DNA of 64,000 bases from Octopus bimaculoides (lineage: Eukaryota). The number at the start of each line of letters is the position of its first letter. The stretch's first letter is position 1. Below the pieces are notes generated by a model that made no database searches, was not told the DNA's origin, and saw only the letters and a list, made by a program, of their open reading frames with translations. The DNA lies in contig NC_068981.1 of NCBI RefSeq assembly GCF_001194135.2, positions 41,358,238-41,422,237 of the forward strand. The letters are read 5' to 3'. The position numbers and the translations under genes were made by a program. Below are positions 35,771 through 49,965 of this stretch, piece after piece.

Positions 35771-37026
35771 ATTTTAGATAGAAGAGGTCTACATCACTGT
35801 TTATGTGGAAATTATGTGTGCTTGTTCGTATTTTTCGAGTTTTCACATCAATAGCTCGGGTCTCATCAAGCAGCCCAAATGTTGATAATTTTATATAAGT
35901 GACACCAAACTAGAATATTGTTTTAATAGCAACTGGTGTCTCTAAAGTTGCAAAAATTTGATGAATGCCAGCCCTGTTAAGTGGAGGAAAGAAAACCAGA
36001 CAAGTTTTTATACTTACATGGACAGAATGAAACTAACATCCTTCCCCCTTCCTCNNNNNNNNNNNNNNNNNNNNNNNNNNNNNNNNNNNNNNNNNNNNNN
36101 NNNNNNNNNNNNNNNNNNNNNNNNNNNNNNNNNNNNNNNNNNNNNNNNNNNNNNNNNNNNGGGCGGGGCGGCGGGGTAGCACCCACTTTGAAGTCCTTTG
36201 TCCTAGATTAACAATATGGGATATTTTCAATAAAGGTTAAACAACAAATGCTATGAGTCCAAACCAACAAAGGAGCTTCTTTCAATGAGGTTGTCTGATC
36301 TGTCAGAGGTATGTGTTTCACGTTTTTACCTTTTGCTTAGGTTTTCTACTTGCTTTGTTGTTCCTTGATTAATAAGATTTACAAATTGAATCAAATGATT
36401 CTAATGCAAATGAATATACTAAATCAGATCAGAAATATCAAGAAACTTATATGCAAGGTATTTATAAATATATAGGGAGAGAATTCACATAAAAACAACA
36501 GACGAAGACGAGTGGTGTAGAAAACAATCAGATGTATTAGTATAACACTTGGGAATTGAGCCTATGCTCTTCCATAGAAAAGAACACAGAAAGAAACAAG
36601 GAGAGAAACAAGAAGAGAAAAAAAATGTGTGTAGTGATTAGCGACCTACTCAAAGAATTATACTTTTCTTTTCTGCTCCATAGGTTTTTAACATGCTCTG
36701 ATAATTTACAGATAGAATTGAATGATTCTCATGTGTGTGTGTGTATGTGTGTGTATAGTTTTATACACACACACACACAGAGAATCATCATCATCATCAT
36801 CATCATTTAACGTCCGCCTTCCATGCTAGCATGGGTTCATTCAATTAAATCTGTAAATTATGTAAATATATAGTGTTGTCCAGTAAATTTTCATAAACCA
36901 GACGAAAAAAAACAAAACAGGTAGAGTGGGATACTTTCCAATTAAGAAATGTTTGATTGCTAATTTAACTCTCCACTTCTGGAAGGATATCAGCATTAAA
37001 CTGCTTAGTAATATAAATTAGCTGTT

Positions 37027-37850
37027 ATCATCATCATCATCATCATCGTTTAACGTCCGCTTTCCATGCTAACATGGGTTGGACGATTTGACTGAGGACT
37101 GGTGCAACCGGATGGCTACACCAGGTTCCAATCTAATTTGGCAGAGTTTCTACAGCTGGATGCCCTTCTTAACGCCAACCACTCAGAGGGTGTAGTGGGT
37201 GCTTTTACGTGTCACCCGCACGAAAACGGCCACGTTCGAAATGGTGTCTTTTATGTGCCACCCGCACAAGAGCCAGTCCAGGGGCACTGGCAACGATCTC
37301 GCNNNNNNNNNNNNNNNNNNNNNNNNNNNNNNNNNNNNNNNNNNNNNNNNNNNNNNNNNNNNNNNNNNNNNNNNNNNNNNNNNNNNNNNNNNNNNNNNNN
37401 NNNNNNNNNNNNNNNNNNNNNNNNNNNNNNNNNNNNNNNNNNNNNNNNNNNNNNNNNNNNNNNNNNNNNNNNNNNNNNNNNNNNNNNNNNNNNNNNNNNN
37501 NNNNNNNNNNNNNNNNNNNNNNNNNNNNNNNNNNNNNNNNNNNNNNNNNNNNNNNNNNNNNNNNNNACAGCACATTTCCAAAGGTCTCGGTCAGTAGTCA
37601 TCGCGTCGGTGAGGCCCAATGTTCGAAGGTCTTGCCTCACCACCTCAGCCCAGGTCTTCCTGGGCCTACCTCTTCCACGGGTTCCCTCAACTGTTAGGGA
37701 GTGGCACTTTTTCACACAGCTATCCTCATTCATTCTCACCACATGTCCAAACCAGCGCAATCATCTCTCTTGCACACCACTACTGACACTTCTTATGTTC
37801 AGCTTTTCTCTCAAGATACTTACACTCTGACGGGTATGCACATTGACATT
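37027..37850 (-). mobile_element. Young 5'-truncated RTE LINE (gap inside)
   Basis: LRWFGHVVRMNEDSCVKKCHSLTVEGTRGRGRPRKTWAEVV...DRDLWKCA plus the same 3'UTR and tail. Confidence 0.88.
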
Positions 37851-40800
37851 ACACATCCACATATAAATAATAATAATGGTGATGATGATGATAATGGTCA
37901 CACCTGTTGGTTTCAACATATGAGTGTTTGACGGAGAGGACTTAAAGAGAGTAATAGAAAAAAAAAACCACTAAGGAGCTGCATCTATTTATGATGGATG
38001 TGTGAATGTAACTTCAGTCCAGGCATCAATTTTCCTATGAAGTCATAACGGGGACATTGATGATTTTGATTTTGCCTGGGATTGGGTAAGTGTGCTGGTT
38101 GCAGGATATAATTCTTCAACTCCTTGTGACACCTTTTACACCATACAGATAAGTGTAGGCAGTTACTTTCCCAAGATGTTATGTTAAGCTGTAGAGATTT
38201 TAGTGATTGCTTCAACTTATCCTTATATCTCAGAAGAGGTCATCCTTTGTTGCAATCTTAACTGATTGGAAGTGTATATGTTTTGGGCTACAGCAAATAT
38301 TCTGCTCAATACCACAGATTTGCTTGTCAATTATTTGAGCTTAACCAGTTGAGAATGTCCCTTCATGATTGATGATATATCCATCTCTGATCACAAGCAA
38401 CAGTAGTGGGACCTTTTGAGTGGGATGGATCACATGACTCAAAGGAACTGGGCCCCACCTGCAAGGTCATATGCTGTTTTTCTTGATATGATATCACCAT
38501 GTCATGCATATATGGTTGTGATGCATGTGCCTGGTGTACTCTTATCAGATGGGTAGTCATGTGTATATTGGGCTTTGTCTATTTGTATCTGTGTCACTTT
38601 GTTCTCTCACTCAATAATAATAATAATACTTTCTACTATAAGCACAATGCCTTAAATTTTTTTTTTTTTTTTTGGTAGGGTGGACAAGTTGATCAAATTG
38701 ACCCCAGTATGCAACTGGTACTTAATTTATCGACCCCGAAAGGTTGAAAGGCAAAGTCAACCTCGGCGGAATTTGAACTCAGAAAGTAGTGGCAGATGAA
38801 ATACTGCTAAGCATTTTGCCTGGCATGCTAACGGTTCTGCCAGCTCATCACCATACTAATANNNNNNNNNNNNNNNNNNNNNNNNNNNNNNNNNNNNNNN
38901 NNNNNNNNNNNNNNNNNNNNNNNNNNNNNNNNNNNNNNNNNNNNNNNNNNNNNNNNNNNNNNNNNNNNNNNNNNNNNNNNNNNNNNNNNNNNNNNNNNNN
39001 NNNNNNNNNNNNNNNNNNNNNNNNNNNNNNNNNNNNNNNNNNNNNNNNNNNNNNNNNNNNNNNNNNNNNNNNNNNNNNNNNNNNNNNNNNNNNNNNNNNN
39101 NNNNNNNNNNNNNNNNNNNNNNNNNNNNNNNNNNNNNNNNNNNNNNNNNNNNNNNNNNNNNNNNNNNNNNNNNNNNNNNNNNNNNNNNNNNNNNNNNNNN
39201 NNNNNNNNNNNNNNNNNNNNNNNNNNNNNNNNNNNNNNNNNNNNNNNNNNNNNNNNNNNNNNNNNNNNNNNNNNNNNNNNNNNNNNNNNNNNNNNNNNNN
39301 NNNNNNNNNNNNNNNNNNNNNNNNNNNNNNNNNNNNNNNNNNNNNAACAATTCTGCCAGATCACTCCACTTAATAATAATAATTTTGGCACAAGGACAGA
39401 AATTTTGAGAGGAAGGGCAAGTCTATTACATCAAACCCAGTACTTCACTGATACTTTATTCTATTAACCCCCAAAAGAATGAAAGCAAAGTTGCCTTCAG
39501 TAGGATTTATATATAAGTATATATGTGGAACCAAATAGATTTCACCAAAGTCCAGTCTTCTGAGTGGTTGGTCTTAGGAAGGGCATCCAGCTGTAAAAAT
39601 CCTGCCAAAATAGTCACAGAAGTCTGGTGCAGGCTTCTACTTGGTCAGTTCTTGTGTGAAACCATCCCACCCATGCTAGCGTGGAAGGCAGACGTTAAAT
39701 GATGATGATGATGATGATGATGATGAAAGGGTCAGACTTGATATGATGAATTCTTTTTTGTATCTTGTTAACTATGTCTTTGGTGATGAATTCCTAGATT
39801 CTGAAACCAAAATGAGAATTGAGATGGCTTTCACTGCATTTGGGATACTGACGAAACAGGTGTGGTCTGACGGACTTGAATCTGTCAACCACACTTTATA
39901 CTTATGATACTTGTGTCTTTATATTCCTGCTATATTCATTTGAGACACAGACCTTGTATCGATGGCACTTCAGAATGCTCAAAAGAAGTGATCAAAAGTA
40001 TCTAAGGCAAATATATTAAACATCAATTAGAAATCTTTTGCACATGCGATGAGTTGCTTATGTCATCCATGTTTACAATTTCAAACTTCCTAGGTAATTC
40101 CTTTATCGTGAATTAGTTCTCAGAACGCATTCCAAACACAAATCAAAAAGAGAGATTTTGTGATACCACAAACAGCCTTAAGTCCTTAAATATCAGAACT
40201 GTTCATAGGAAACATCTCACACTGGAAAGAAACAAATGATGGTTTATTAAAGGGAACAATAGCCTGCAGCTTAAGAAAATTTAAATTGTCTGTTAAATGG
40301 TGAAACATACTACCTAAAACCTACAGGATGTTGAAACTTTCCATGACAGAGAGTCCAGAAATAATCTCACTTGCAGTCTGTGATTGTATTACACTTTGAA
40401 AAGTCAAGCTTGTTATTCATGAATCAGGAGACAAACACAGGTTGCTTATGGTGCTACAGTTCCAGTGATCCCAGTGGAGCACTACTATTGTTTATATCTA
40501 AAGCTGTGCTCATCCACTGCTGGGTTGAAAATCCAATTTAGATGAAAGAACAAAGATAGACCTGATGTTGGTGCAATTCTTGACCAAATTTTGCTGCATT
40601 TGTCACAGAAAATTTAAAACAAAATCAGAGCTACATAGTCATCTAAGGGCCCATAGTAGAAAAGCTATCAAACATATTAGAGGCTAGTGTGTGCAATGAT
40701 AAAGTGGTTATGCTCAAAATCTTGTTGACAATGACCACTACACCCATCCATTCATATTAAATACAACGGAATTTAACACATTGACCATATACACAATAAA

Positions 40801-40904
40801 AATGAAAGAACACTTGGAGATGCAAGAAATACACTGAATGAGTATGGTTATAGTTTGTTAGATGAAATAAACTGCAGCAATATTATAAGAATTATCAAAG
40901 GTGG

Positions 40905-41120
40905 TAAGAGAGCAGAATCGTTAGCATGCTAAGCAAACGCTTAGTGGCATTTCATCTGTCTTTATGTTCCGAGTTCAAATTCTGCCAAGGTTGACTTTGC
41001 CTTTCGTCATTTTGGGGGTCAATAAAAATAAGTACCAGTCAAGCACAGGGGTCGATGTAATCAACTTACCCTCTCCCCCAAACTGGCTGATCTTGTGCCA
41101 AAATTTGAAACCAATATTAA
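40905..41120 (+). mobile_element. Third tRNA-derived SINE family copy
   Basis: gcagaatcgttagcatg..gagttcaaattctgcc.aggt.gactttgccttt. Related copies at about 38640-38845 (-) and 39345-39510 (-). Confidence 0.65.
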
Positions 41121-41298
41121 AAGAATTATGAATAAACCAGAGATATTTTTGGCATGAAAAACAAGTAGTTAAACTTGACCACCACAATATTACTTTAATT
41201 AATGTTATAAATACTAAAAATATACCAAATATAAAATGTTAGTCAAGCATAATACAAGAAGTTAGAGACATAGACAATATAAAAAAGACTATACATAC

Positions 41299-41563
41299 TT
41301 TGCTCGATGAAAAGACGGAACTTAGTCAGTTCTTCAGTATCATAAACACCAGGACTCCAAGAAATGGTCTTAAATCTTAGGGCTTGGCGAAAAATGTCTA
41401 TTTTTTGTGGATTTGTTTCAACATCAATCTTCAAATGTTCCTCTGTTTGCTGACAAGGACTGATAGTGTCATTTCTTATATCGAAGGTAAACGTGCGAAT
41501 TAGAACGACAATGCTAATAACTAACACTGAGTTACACACACATACCACAATTTGTTTCAGCAT
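41299..41563 (-). CDS. PM20D1: PM20D1-like peptidase M20, coding exon 1 (ATG, hydrophobic signal/anchor, 265 nt)
   Basis: Encodes MLKQIVVCVCNSVLVISIVVLIRTFTF...FRQALRFKTISWSPGVYDTEELTKFRLFIEQ. Donor A|GTATGT at 41298 is phase 1 and joins exon 2 in frame. Confidence 0.88.
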
Positions 41564-43319
41564 ATTGCAGCAAGTTGAATGTAGATAGGCTTAAAGCAAA
41601 AATAATTCTGGAACTGACTCAATGAATATATATATATATACACATCCCTACATGCACTGTTTAACTTCAAAGACTCAATTAGTCAAGCATGTTATTTGAC
41701 TAAGTCTTTTTTTCCAGTTGACTGGTGAATTATTTAAGGACGCGTTATTAGTTAAAAAACAACTAATTAATGGAGGGAACCAAACATATCAGAAATACCA
41801 TGAAGAAAGCCTCTGTGTAGTTTTCTGATCTGCTAGAAAAAGCATCCAAATCTTCCTGAAATCATATCATGCATCTTAAAGAAAGAACACATGGCATGGC
41901 ATGGCAGAATCTTCAAAGTCTTGCCTAGTGAGAACACTGAGATGATCACAGTTAAATTACCTAGTTCTACCTAATCATGAGCAATATTGGTCAAACAACA
42001 ACTGGTGTGAAGATCACACCTACATAAAAGCAATCTTCTCTATAATAAACTCTCATTATTCAATAGTCTTTTGGATTCCTTTCTTTTTTAACAATATTAA
42101 TTTTTATCGATTTGTATTAAAATAAATTTCTTCTGGGATTTATTTGTATATTATCGCAAATCTGTGCTATCTGTATTTTATCAATAGTTAAAGTTTCAAT
42201 CCAAGTAACAGCTCAGAGGAGAATCTCCTTCCCTTTCATCAAATACTAATCTTGAACGTTTTAAACTTTGTATTAATCACACTAGCATCATTAAACTTCC
42301 CTATGCTTTTGATCCTCCTACTCGGGAAATCCCCACCCTCCTCAGAATAATTAAACCAAATGTTTTTTCATTATAATTATTGTAAAATACACTAAGTTGG
42401 GTTTGTTATCACTATTTAACATCTATTTTCCATGCTGGCATGTGTTGGACAATTTGACAGGATCCAGTGGACAATGCCAAGCTCCAGTGTCAACTTTGAC
42501 ATTGTTTTTCTACAGCTGGATGCCCTTCTTAATGTCAACCATTTTACAGTGTGAACTGGGTGTTTTTGTGTGTGTGCCAGTAGCACAAGTGAGATTGCCA
42601 AGTAATTTGCAAGACAAAAAGATAAATAAATAAAAATAAAAGATGGAAAAAGGAAAAGCTCTCACTACTAAGTAGTGAGGAGTATTTGAATGGGGAGGTA
42701 ACTTTATACCAGGTATTGAAAGTGCTTGTCTCACTATCAGAGTGAGACAAGCACAGGTGTTTTACTATAGAGAAAATTGATGGCTACTGAACATTATATA
42801 GGGGTGGGTGGGAATGCTTGGAAAAGACATAAAGATGGTAGTAATAGAGTGCTATTGAGGTCACTCCAAGGTACAAGAAGGTGAGTATAAGAGAGGATAT
42901 GGACATTGGGTTAGGGGAGAGAAGAGAGTGGGTACATAAGAGTGTGAGGGGAGAGTAACAAATGGCTAGAATTGGGAGTAGAGGTGAATGTAGAAAATGA
43001 TGAACAAGAGTGAAGGTGCAGTTGATGGCAAATATCAGTAAGGAGAGATGTAAGGTGAGAGAGATAGAAGTGGCTCAGGAAAGATAGATCAGAAGGTAGG
43101 GTGATAATAGGCAAAGTGTAGGAGGGGTGATGAGGGAGATGTAAGGGTACACAAGGGTGGTTATTGTAAGTGGAGCTTGATGGCAGATGAGAAGACGCTG
43201 CTCTATAATTATATTTTTGCTTCAATTTGGTGTGTAGCAGAGATGCACAGACTGGAAATTACTGAAGGTGCTTTTTCTTTTCTTAGGGAGGGTTGTTTTT
43301 TTTTCCCCCCAACTCGTAG

Positions 43320-43815
43320 AGACGCAGGAAGACATGGGACAAGGTGGTGATGCATGATCTTCGAACTTTGGACCTCAAGGAGTCAATGACTAGTGACCTA
43401 GACCATTGGCAATGTGCTGTGCTTGAGAGGACCCGTCAAGCCAAGTGAGATCATAGTTGTAGCTGATGCTGGTATCACACTACTGGCATCTGTGCCAGTG
43501 GCACAAAAAGGCACCTTTTGAACATTGGGCCTCACAGAGGCAAAGTGGTTGAGCACCCTTCAAGTGTTCAGCCTCATGGAGGCAATGACCGAGACCTTTG
43601 GCATTACGTCATGCTTGAGAAGAGGACCCATCAAGCCGAGCAAAACTACAGTTGCGACAGATACTGGTGTCATGTAAATGGCACCCATGCCAGTAGCACT
43701 TAAAAGCATGCATTACACTCTTGGAGTGGTTGGTGTTAGAAAGGGCATCCAGCCATAGACACCATGTGAAATCAGACTGTTTGCCTGCATGGACAACAAA
43801 CATTAAATGATGATG
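43320..43815 (+). mobile_element. Older RTE LINE 3' fragment
   Basis: RKTWDKVVMHDLRTLDLKESMTSDLDHWQCAVLE, then 3'UTR ending aaatgatgatg. Confidence 0.75.
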
Positions 43816-46800
43816 TAGAGGACTGCTCAGGGTACATGAGTAGGGAGTTCACAAATATGCAAAAGGGGATATTTACACATATATACATACATATAAAATC
43901 AAGTTACTCTTCTTCCTCATAGAAATTAAGAAATTATAAGTTGTCTGAATGGATCTAGCAGTCTTAAAATTTACAGCTTAAATTGAAGAAAAAAACAGCA
44001 AAATTTATACATTGAAACAAAGAAGGAAAAAAAATGAACATTTGATATGGAAATGTTGGTTATTTATTATAACTTTATATAATCTCTTCATAGGAAGAAG
44101 TGAAAAGGAAAAAAATTGTTATGCATCTTTACCAAGATAAATGTTTACATTTGACATGAACAAATTGGGAAATTTGACAAATATAAACATTCTTATTGAG
44201 AAAAAAAAACAACAAAAAATACAGAACATGACATAAATTACTGTTATAATGACAATTACAATTAATGACAAGTAATAAGATGGTTTTTTTGGAATAATTT
44301 AGTGGAGTTGAAAATATAATTGTTTTGTTTTCAGACCAACTGTGGGATGAAGATATACAAATGACTATGCTACACTGGATGTCAAAACATGAAAATACAG
44401 CAGACTCTACTAGTTCATTCCAGATTCTTCTCAATTTACATCTAGTCAAGCTGGGCAGAATTTCATAATTTTATTATTATTAATGTTTAATTGTATCTTT
44501 TGAACTAGAATTACCTCCACAAAACAAAGACATGCAAATTGAGCAGATATTACTGTAGCTCATCAAAACAGTTTGAGTTTTCTGCCAGCAAGCTGCCTAT
44601 CTTGATGGCCATTTTTGTTGACATAACTAGCAGTGACTAGATGCAAACTGTCAAATTATTTGGACAACTTTAACACAGAACTAATACTAAACTAATACAC
44701 TCATATAGGTATTCATATAAATCCAGTAAGATTTGACATAATTTTACATTGTTAAAATTAATTTTTTAAAATGTTTAGAGCATAAAGAGAATGGGTGAAA
44801 CAATGAACAACTACAATTTAGCATTAAAGAGAAATTATGCAGATTGAAAATAAGGAGGGGAGAATGAAAAAACATCAACTATCCAAGTAAATGTTATCAT
44901 AAGCTCCAAAAATAAAAGTCATTGAAAGTAGATAAACTATGCGGGGTTTTTTTTAACTATTGATTGATGAGTTGTACAATGAAGAAATATTACAATTCAA
45001 ATTCTTAGACAAAAATATATTATTCAGTGAAAAGACTAAGAATCAGTTATAACTTTTTTTTTTTTCATTCTTTCTTGAAAGAATTTATTTATGATTGTGG
45101 AGGGAATAGTTTTCCATTGCATTTTGTTGATAATAGGCAATATTCATTCTACATTAAAAATGCAAATGTTAAAGTTAAACATTTTAAAAAAATTATGGAT
45201 TCGTAATAAACCATTATACTGACTGAATTCTGTCAATATCAAAATTATTTCTAAAAAAAATTACAAACTTGTAATTCTACCAAGTATGGAATGATATCTA
45301 GTTTCTGACAAGATATAATGAGATGATTCAGAGTTTGAAGTGTGCAGAGAGAATGGTTACTTTATGGAAAATAAATAAGCTTCATTAAGGATAGGTTTGA
45401 ATGTATTCTATGTACAAAGAGAAAAAACATGTTTGTTGAAGTACAAGACTACAGACAATATGATTTCAATCAATGCCATAAACCATGCATCCTAATTTTG
45501 AATGGAAAAAGGTATTCAGGAATTTATATATATATATATATATAGAAGTGTATATTTGTAATTTCAAACATTAAGATAACTTAATAAATGAAAATATAGA
45601 CATGAAAACGCATGAGGCATGTATTGTTAATACTAAAAATCACTGGGAACCTTGTATTATTTTAATTATAATTTTCAATATAGTATATCATACATTTTTT
45701 TTTTATCCCATAAATTATTTCAGAGCAAGGGTGTTCAAGTGATCATATAAACTGAAACCAACAAATCAATTTCAGCCACATTTTAATTAAGATAAACTTG
45801 CTCCTTTCAGAGTTTTTCAGAAGATTTGTAGAAGCAGTTTTCAGTGAAAGACAGAAGGTATGGAAGAGAAGAGGAATGGAATGTATAATTTTCAAATGGA
45901 ATAAAAATAAAAATGGATGGAAGTAATAGTATAAGATTGCAAGGGTGACATTTTTCATACTGAACACTGATATTTTGAAAATTGGAAAAAAAAATTACCA
46001 GATAATTTGCAAATATTCCCAGCCCATATTTTTATAGCAAAAGGGTCGATATTGTAAAGCTATTTAACAAAATAGTTTTAGGCTGCCATTACTGTTTTGG
46101 GTTGAAGGTTGTCACATCCATTAATGTTTAGTGGGAATTTAAAAACTTTTCAGTATCTTGAGCAAAATTTACATAATTCAAAAGAATGTGTGTGGACACT
46201 GGATAAGAAATCTATTTTTCCATTGTTATGGGCTGGACAATATATGTTATAGACAAGGAAGAGTAAAGAGCAAATACTTTTTATTAATAAGCTAATATGT
46301 ACAATGTCCACATTTACTATCTATGTAGAGAGATCAAATCTTAAATTGTGACCATTTAAAATAAGGTTTTAAAATTAAACTCATATACAAGGAATAAATA
46401 TTCAGTTCACTATATATAAATATAAGGAATGGTTGTAACTGTAAAACAATAGAATAATTTTTCTATACATGCATACATTGGGAAAATGTAAAAACTACAT
46501 ATTGCTTTTAATTATATCTTTTCTTGTGGAAGATAGGTACCAGTACATAATTGTTAAAGGGGTTCGATGTTAAGAGATTCTAGCTATAAAGCATTTGCTC
46601 ATAAGAACAAATGCAAAGTCCAGCTTTACAAATCCGTTAGACCCATGCAGGCTTAAGAGAAAGCAGAAGATAGACTTTCAAAGAAATGGCGGCAATGAAT
46701 GAATATAAGAGCTTTGGTAACTAGATGTAATGGCAAATTGTAAGAGGAACACTGCTTTAAAATTTACAATAGTCTAAGCAGTAGAAATTAAAAGATTTCT

Positions 46801-48984
46801 CCAAAATTATAAGAAAAATAATAAAAAATACATAGTATTAAAAGTTAATTGCACAGTCTTCTGCATTTGTATATCTTTAAAAATATCTGCTGAAAAATAT
46901 CAAGAGAATAGGCATAGTTGTATGGTTAAGAAGTTCACTTTGCAACCAGATGGTTTCAGATTTGGTCCCACTGCATGACACCTTGAGCAAGTACCTTCCA
47001 CTAGAGCCTTGCGCCAAATAATACCTCGAAAGTGAATTTGGTAGAAGGAAAATGGATGAAAACCCATTCTGTGTGTGTATGTGTGTGTGTATACACAAAT
47101 ATGTGTGCGCATAGATGTGCGGGTCTTTGAGCTTGTCTCAGTACTTTACAATCAGTATTGATTTGTTCATGTCCACATAACTTAGTGTATCAGCAAAAAG
47201 AGACTGATAGAATAAGCACTAGACTTTAAAATACTGGGGTTGATTTGATCAAATGAACCCTTGAAGGCAGTGCAATGACTGAAAGAGGTAAAATAATAGT
47301 GTAGAAGAACAGAACTAAACATGCTGTCTAGCTAAGGAAGCAGCTGTTTGACTGTCAGTATCAAGTGTTGATGGACGTAAAATGGTTTCAGTTCAAATCT
47401 ATTGAAATCATGAAAATATTTATATGAATTAATGCATATTAAATACTCTCTCTTTCATAAAAAAGACACAAATTCTCAATGGTTCTAAACATGCATATTT
47501 TCATAAAATAGGACAAATGTTTTTACATCTAAAAGTTTTCCCTGAAACTATTCTTTAAAGAAGAAACAGCAGTAATTTTCTCATGTAAACTGGAAGATAC
47601 AATGCTAATGTGCCCAGCTTGGAGGAAGAACACAATATTCATGTCTGAGATTGCACCATCTTACTAAGAGGAATCACATACAGTAACTGTTCATTTGTTC
47701 ACTATATATTTCTTATAAATATAAAATAAGGCACAAAATGTTAACTACACAAATTGTATGTAAGAGGTTAAATATGGACTGTGCCAGCAGATTGCACAAA
47801 GATGGTTAGATTTAGGAGCACGATGTTGGAACATAAAAAAATGGAAACAAACATAATTCACAAACAGATTTCAAGAAACTACTTAAAAGCAATTCAGATT
47901 TTAAAACTGAAATCTTATTTTCAATATGACTGTGTGGTTAAAAAGTTAACTTTACAGACATGATTTTGAGTTCAGTCACACAGTATGACATCTTGGAAAG
48001 GTGCCTTTTACCACAGTACTAGGCTGACTAATGCCTTGTGAATGAATTTGGGAGACAGAACTGTACAAAGCCCATTCTATATACATACATACATATATAT
48101 ATGCATACATTTATGCATGTGTGTGTGAATGCTTAGATTTGTGCTTCTCTGAAAATTTGCTGAGCTACAAACAATGTTATTTCCTTGTCCACAAATCATT
48201 CACACACTCTGCACTTTTGAAGACATATGGAGTAAGAGATCCCTTTCTCACAAAACATGTAAGGGTTAGTGATAGGAAAGGCATTCAGCTGTAAAACAAT
48301 GCCTCACTATTATATATAAATCTAATCCTTCACAGCATGAAAAATGGACATAAAAATGAAGGAATTCCTCAAAATTGAAAATCCAGTCATACTACTACAC
48401 TACTAGGATTTTAATGGACATGAACAGGTCATTTATTTTATTTCACAAATGGGGAGCCATTTAAAATATTTATCCTCTTGCCCTTCCCTTCTCCATTGAC
48501 AAAATAGTCTTAAATCTGGATACAATACAGAGATCATAAAATATCTAAGGTTTCTAAACACATAACTAAGAAAATGCTTTCAAAAATAGCAATGGGTATC
48601 TTGACAATGTTATCTGGTAAAATTGTTTCCTTATTCACGAAAGAAAAAAAAAATTTAATCTCATATTTCTGATAATTTCACCGAGGAAAGAAAATAAATC
48701 ACTGGCTAATGAATTGTATGCATGCATCTGTCTGCTCAAATCATTCAGTCTGAATATTCTCCAATACAGATTGCATATGTATCTGTGAACATGTTTATGA
48801 ATTCATGTATGCAAAAGAATGTATAAGGAAAGGGCAGACATTTTAATAAACAGCAAAAAATTTTAAAAGGAATAAGTTAAAAGTCTATAGCCATGCAGGA
48901 GCGAATCATGAATTAACCACAATACACTTATAAGTTTTTCCCTTTTTGGAGGAAGGGGTGGAGGAGAATTAGTTAGACACACAT

Positions 48985-49140
48985 CATGGTTGTGTTGTTA
49001 AGAGATCCGCTTCCCAACCATGTGGTTTCAGGTTCCATTTCATAGTGTGACACCTTGGGCAAGTATCTTCTGCTAGAGCTATGTAGGCTGGCCAAAGCCT
49101 CATTAATAGCTCTGGTAAACAGAAATTGAAAGAAACCCAT

Positions 49141-49172
<32 letters not shown>

Positions 49173-49370
49173 ACCTTGTCTTGACATGATGCCATAGTTG
49201 TAAACAAGCATCACCACTTGCCTCCAATCTTTTGTGAAGACATGCCTGGCCATAAGGAAATATTACCTTGCTTGGAAACAGGTGAAGGCATCTGGCTGCA
49301 GACAGTCCACTTCAACAAATTTTGTTTGATACATGCAAGGATGGAAAAGTGGATGTTCAAACAATGATGA
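48985..49370 (+). mobile_element. Composite SINE: same head, (TG)n, RTE-like tail type B
   Basis: caccttgggcaagtatcttc head; tail ...catgcaaggatggaaaagtggatgtt..atgatga. Related copies at about 25443-25900, 47930-48360 and 57960-58340 (-). Confidence 0.7.
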
Positions 49371-49569
49371 CATCACTAGATGTGGTCTTCTGTCATTATG
49401 ACCTTAATCATAACCACTATGCTTTCTGTTTGGTTTGCAAAAGAACAGTATTGAGTGATCTGTTTTCTGTGGAATGAAGGTGTAAAAAGAGTCAAAATCC
49501 ACCAAATGCTTTCAATACAGGAACTGAGTTTACTGCTATGGACTGTCTACAAATAGATTGAAAATTAAA

Positions 49570-49830
49570 ATATGGTCATATATGTAATGCAACAAGGAAC
49601 CGGTTTCCCAACCACATCCTGTGCTGATCACGAACGTATTGAATGTGTCCATAATAAGGTTCTGTTGAACAGATGGGTAACTACTGATGAAGTGGTAAAG
49701 AATATGCAAATTTGTACTGGTTCTGATTATGAAATAATCCACAAGAGACTAGGCTATGTTTATCATAACAATTGATGTTTCAAATTTGAACATGTCCCAC
49801 AATGACTAGAGAGAGACATCTGATGCACAC
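49570..49830 (+). mobile_element. mariner transposase N-terminal (HTH) fragment
   Basis: DHERIECVHNKVLLNRWVTTDEVVKNMQICTGSDYEIIHKRLG...HVPQ*L resembles the HTH2/WVPxxL region. Confidence 0.6.
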
Positions 49831-49965
49831 ACAACTAATTTTCTTGTCAATAGGGAAAAAAATTTAAGTGGATTGCAGGTAATTAATGATACATCTTCAT
49901 ATATTATTAAGTAATCAATCAAAAAGATTTGAGTGATCAGCCAATAATTTGTAAGGATGTAAATT

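Noticed and set aside
32442-39391. Long ORFs in the track (e.g. 33445-34650, 33615-34877, 37102-37830, 38789-39373)
   Set aside because: They read through N gaps. Only the RTE-derived portions are real coding relics.
44335-44467. Plus-strand candidate terminal exon (QLWDEDIQMTMLHWMSKH...KLGRIS*) after a strong acceptor-like tract
   Set aside because: No upstream partner exons found and no recognisable domain. It may be chance; RNA-seq would decide.
44515-44647. Possible minus-strand 5'UTR exon of PM20D1 (acag|...gag|gtaatt)
   Set aside because: Splice-like signals only, with no independent support.
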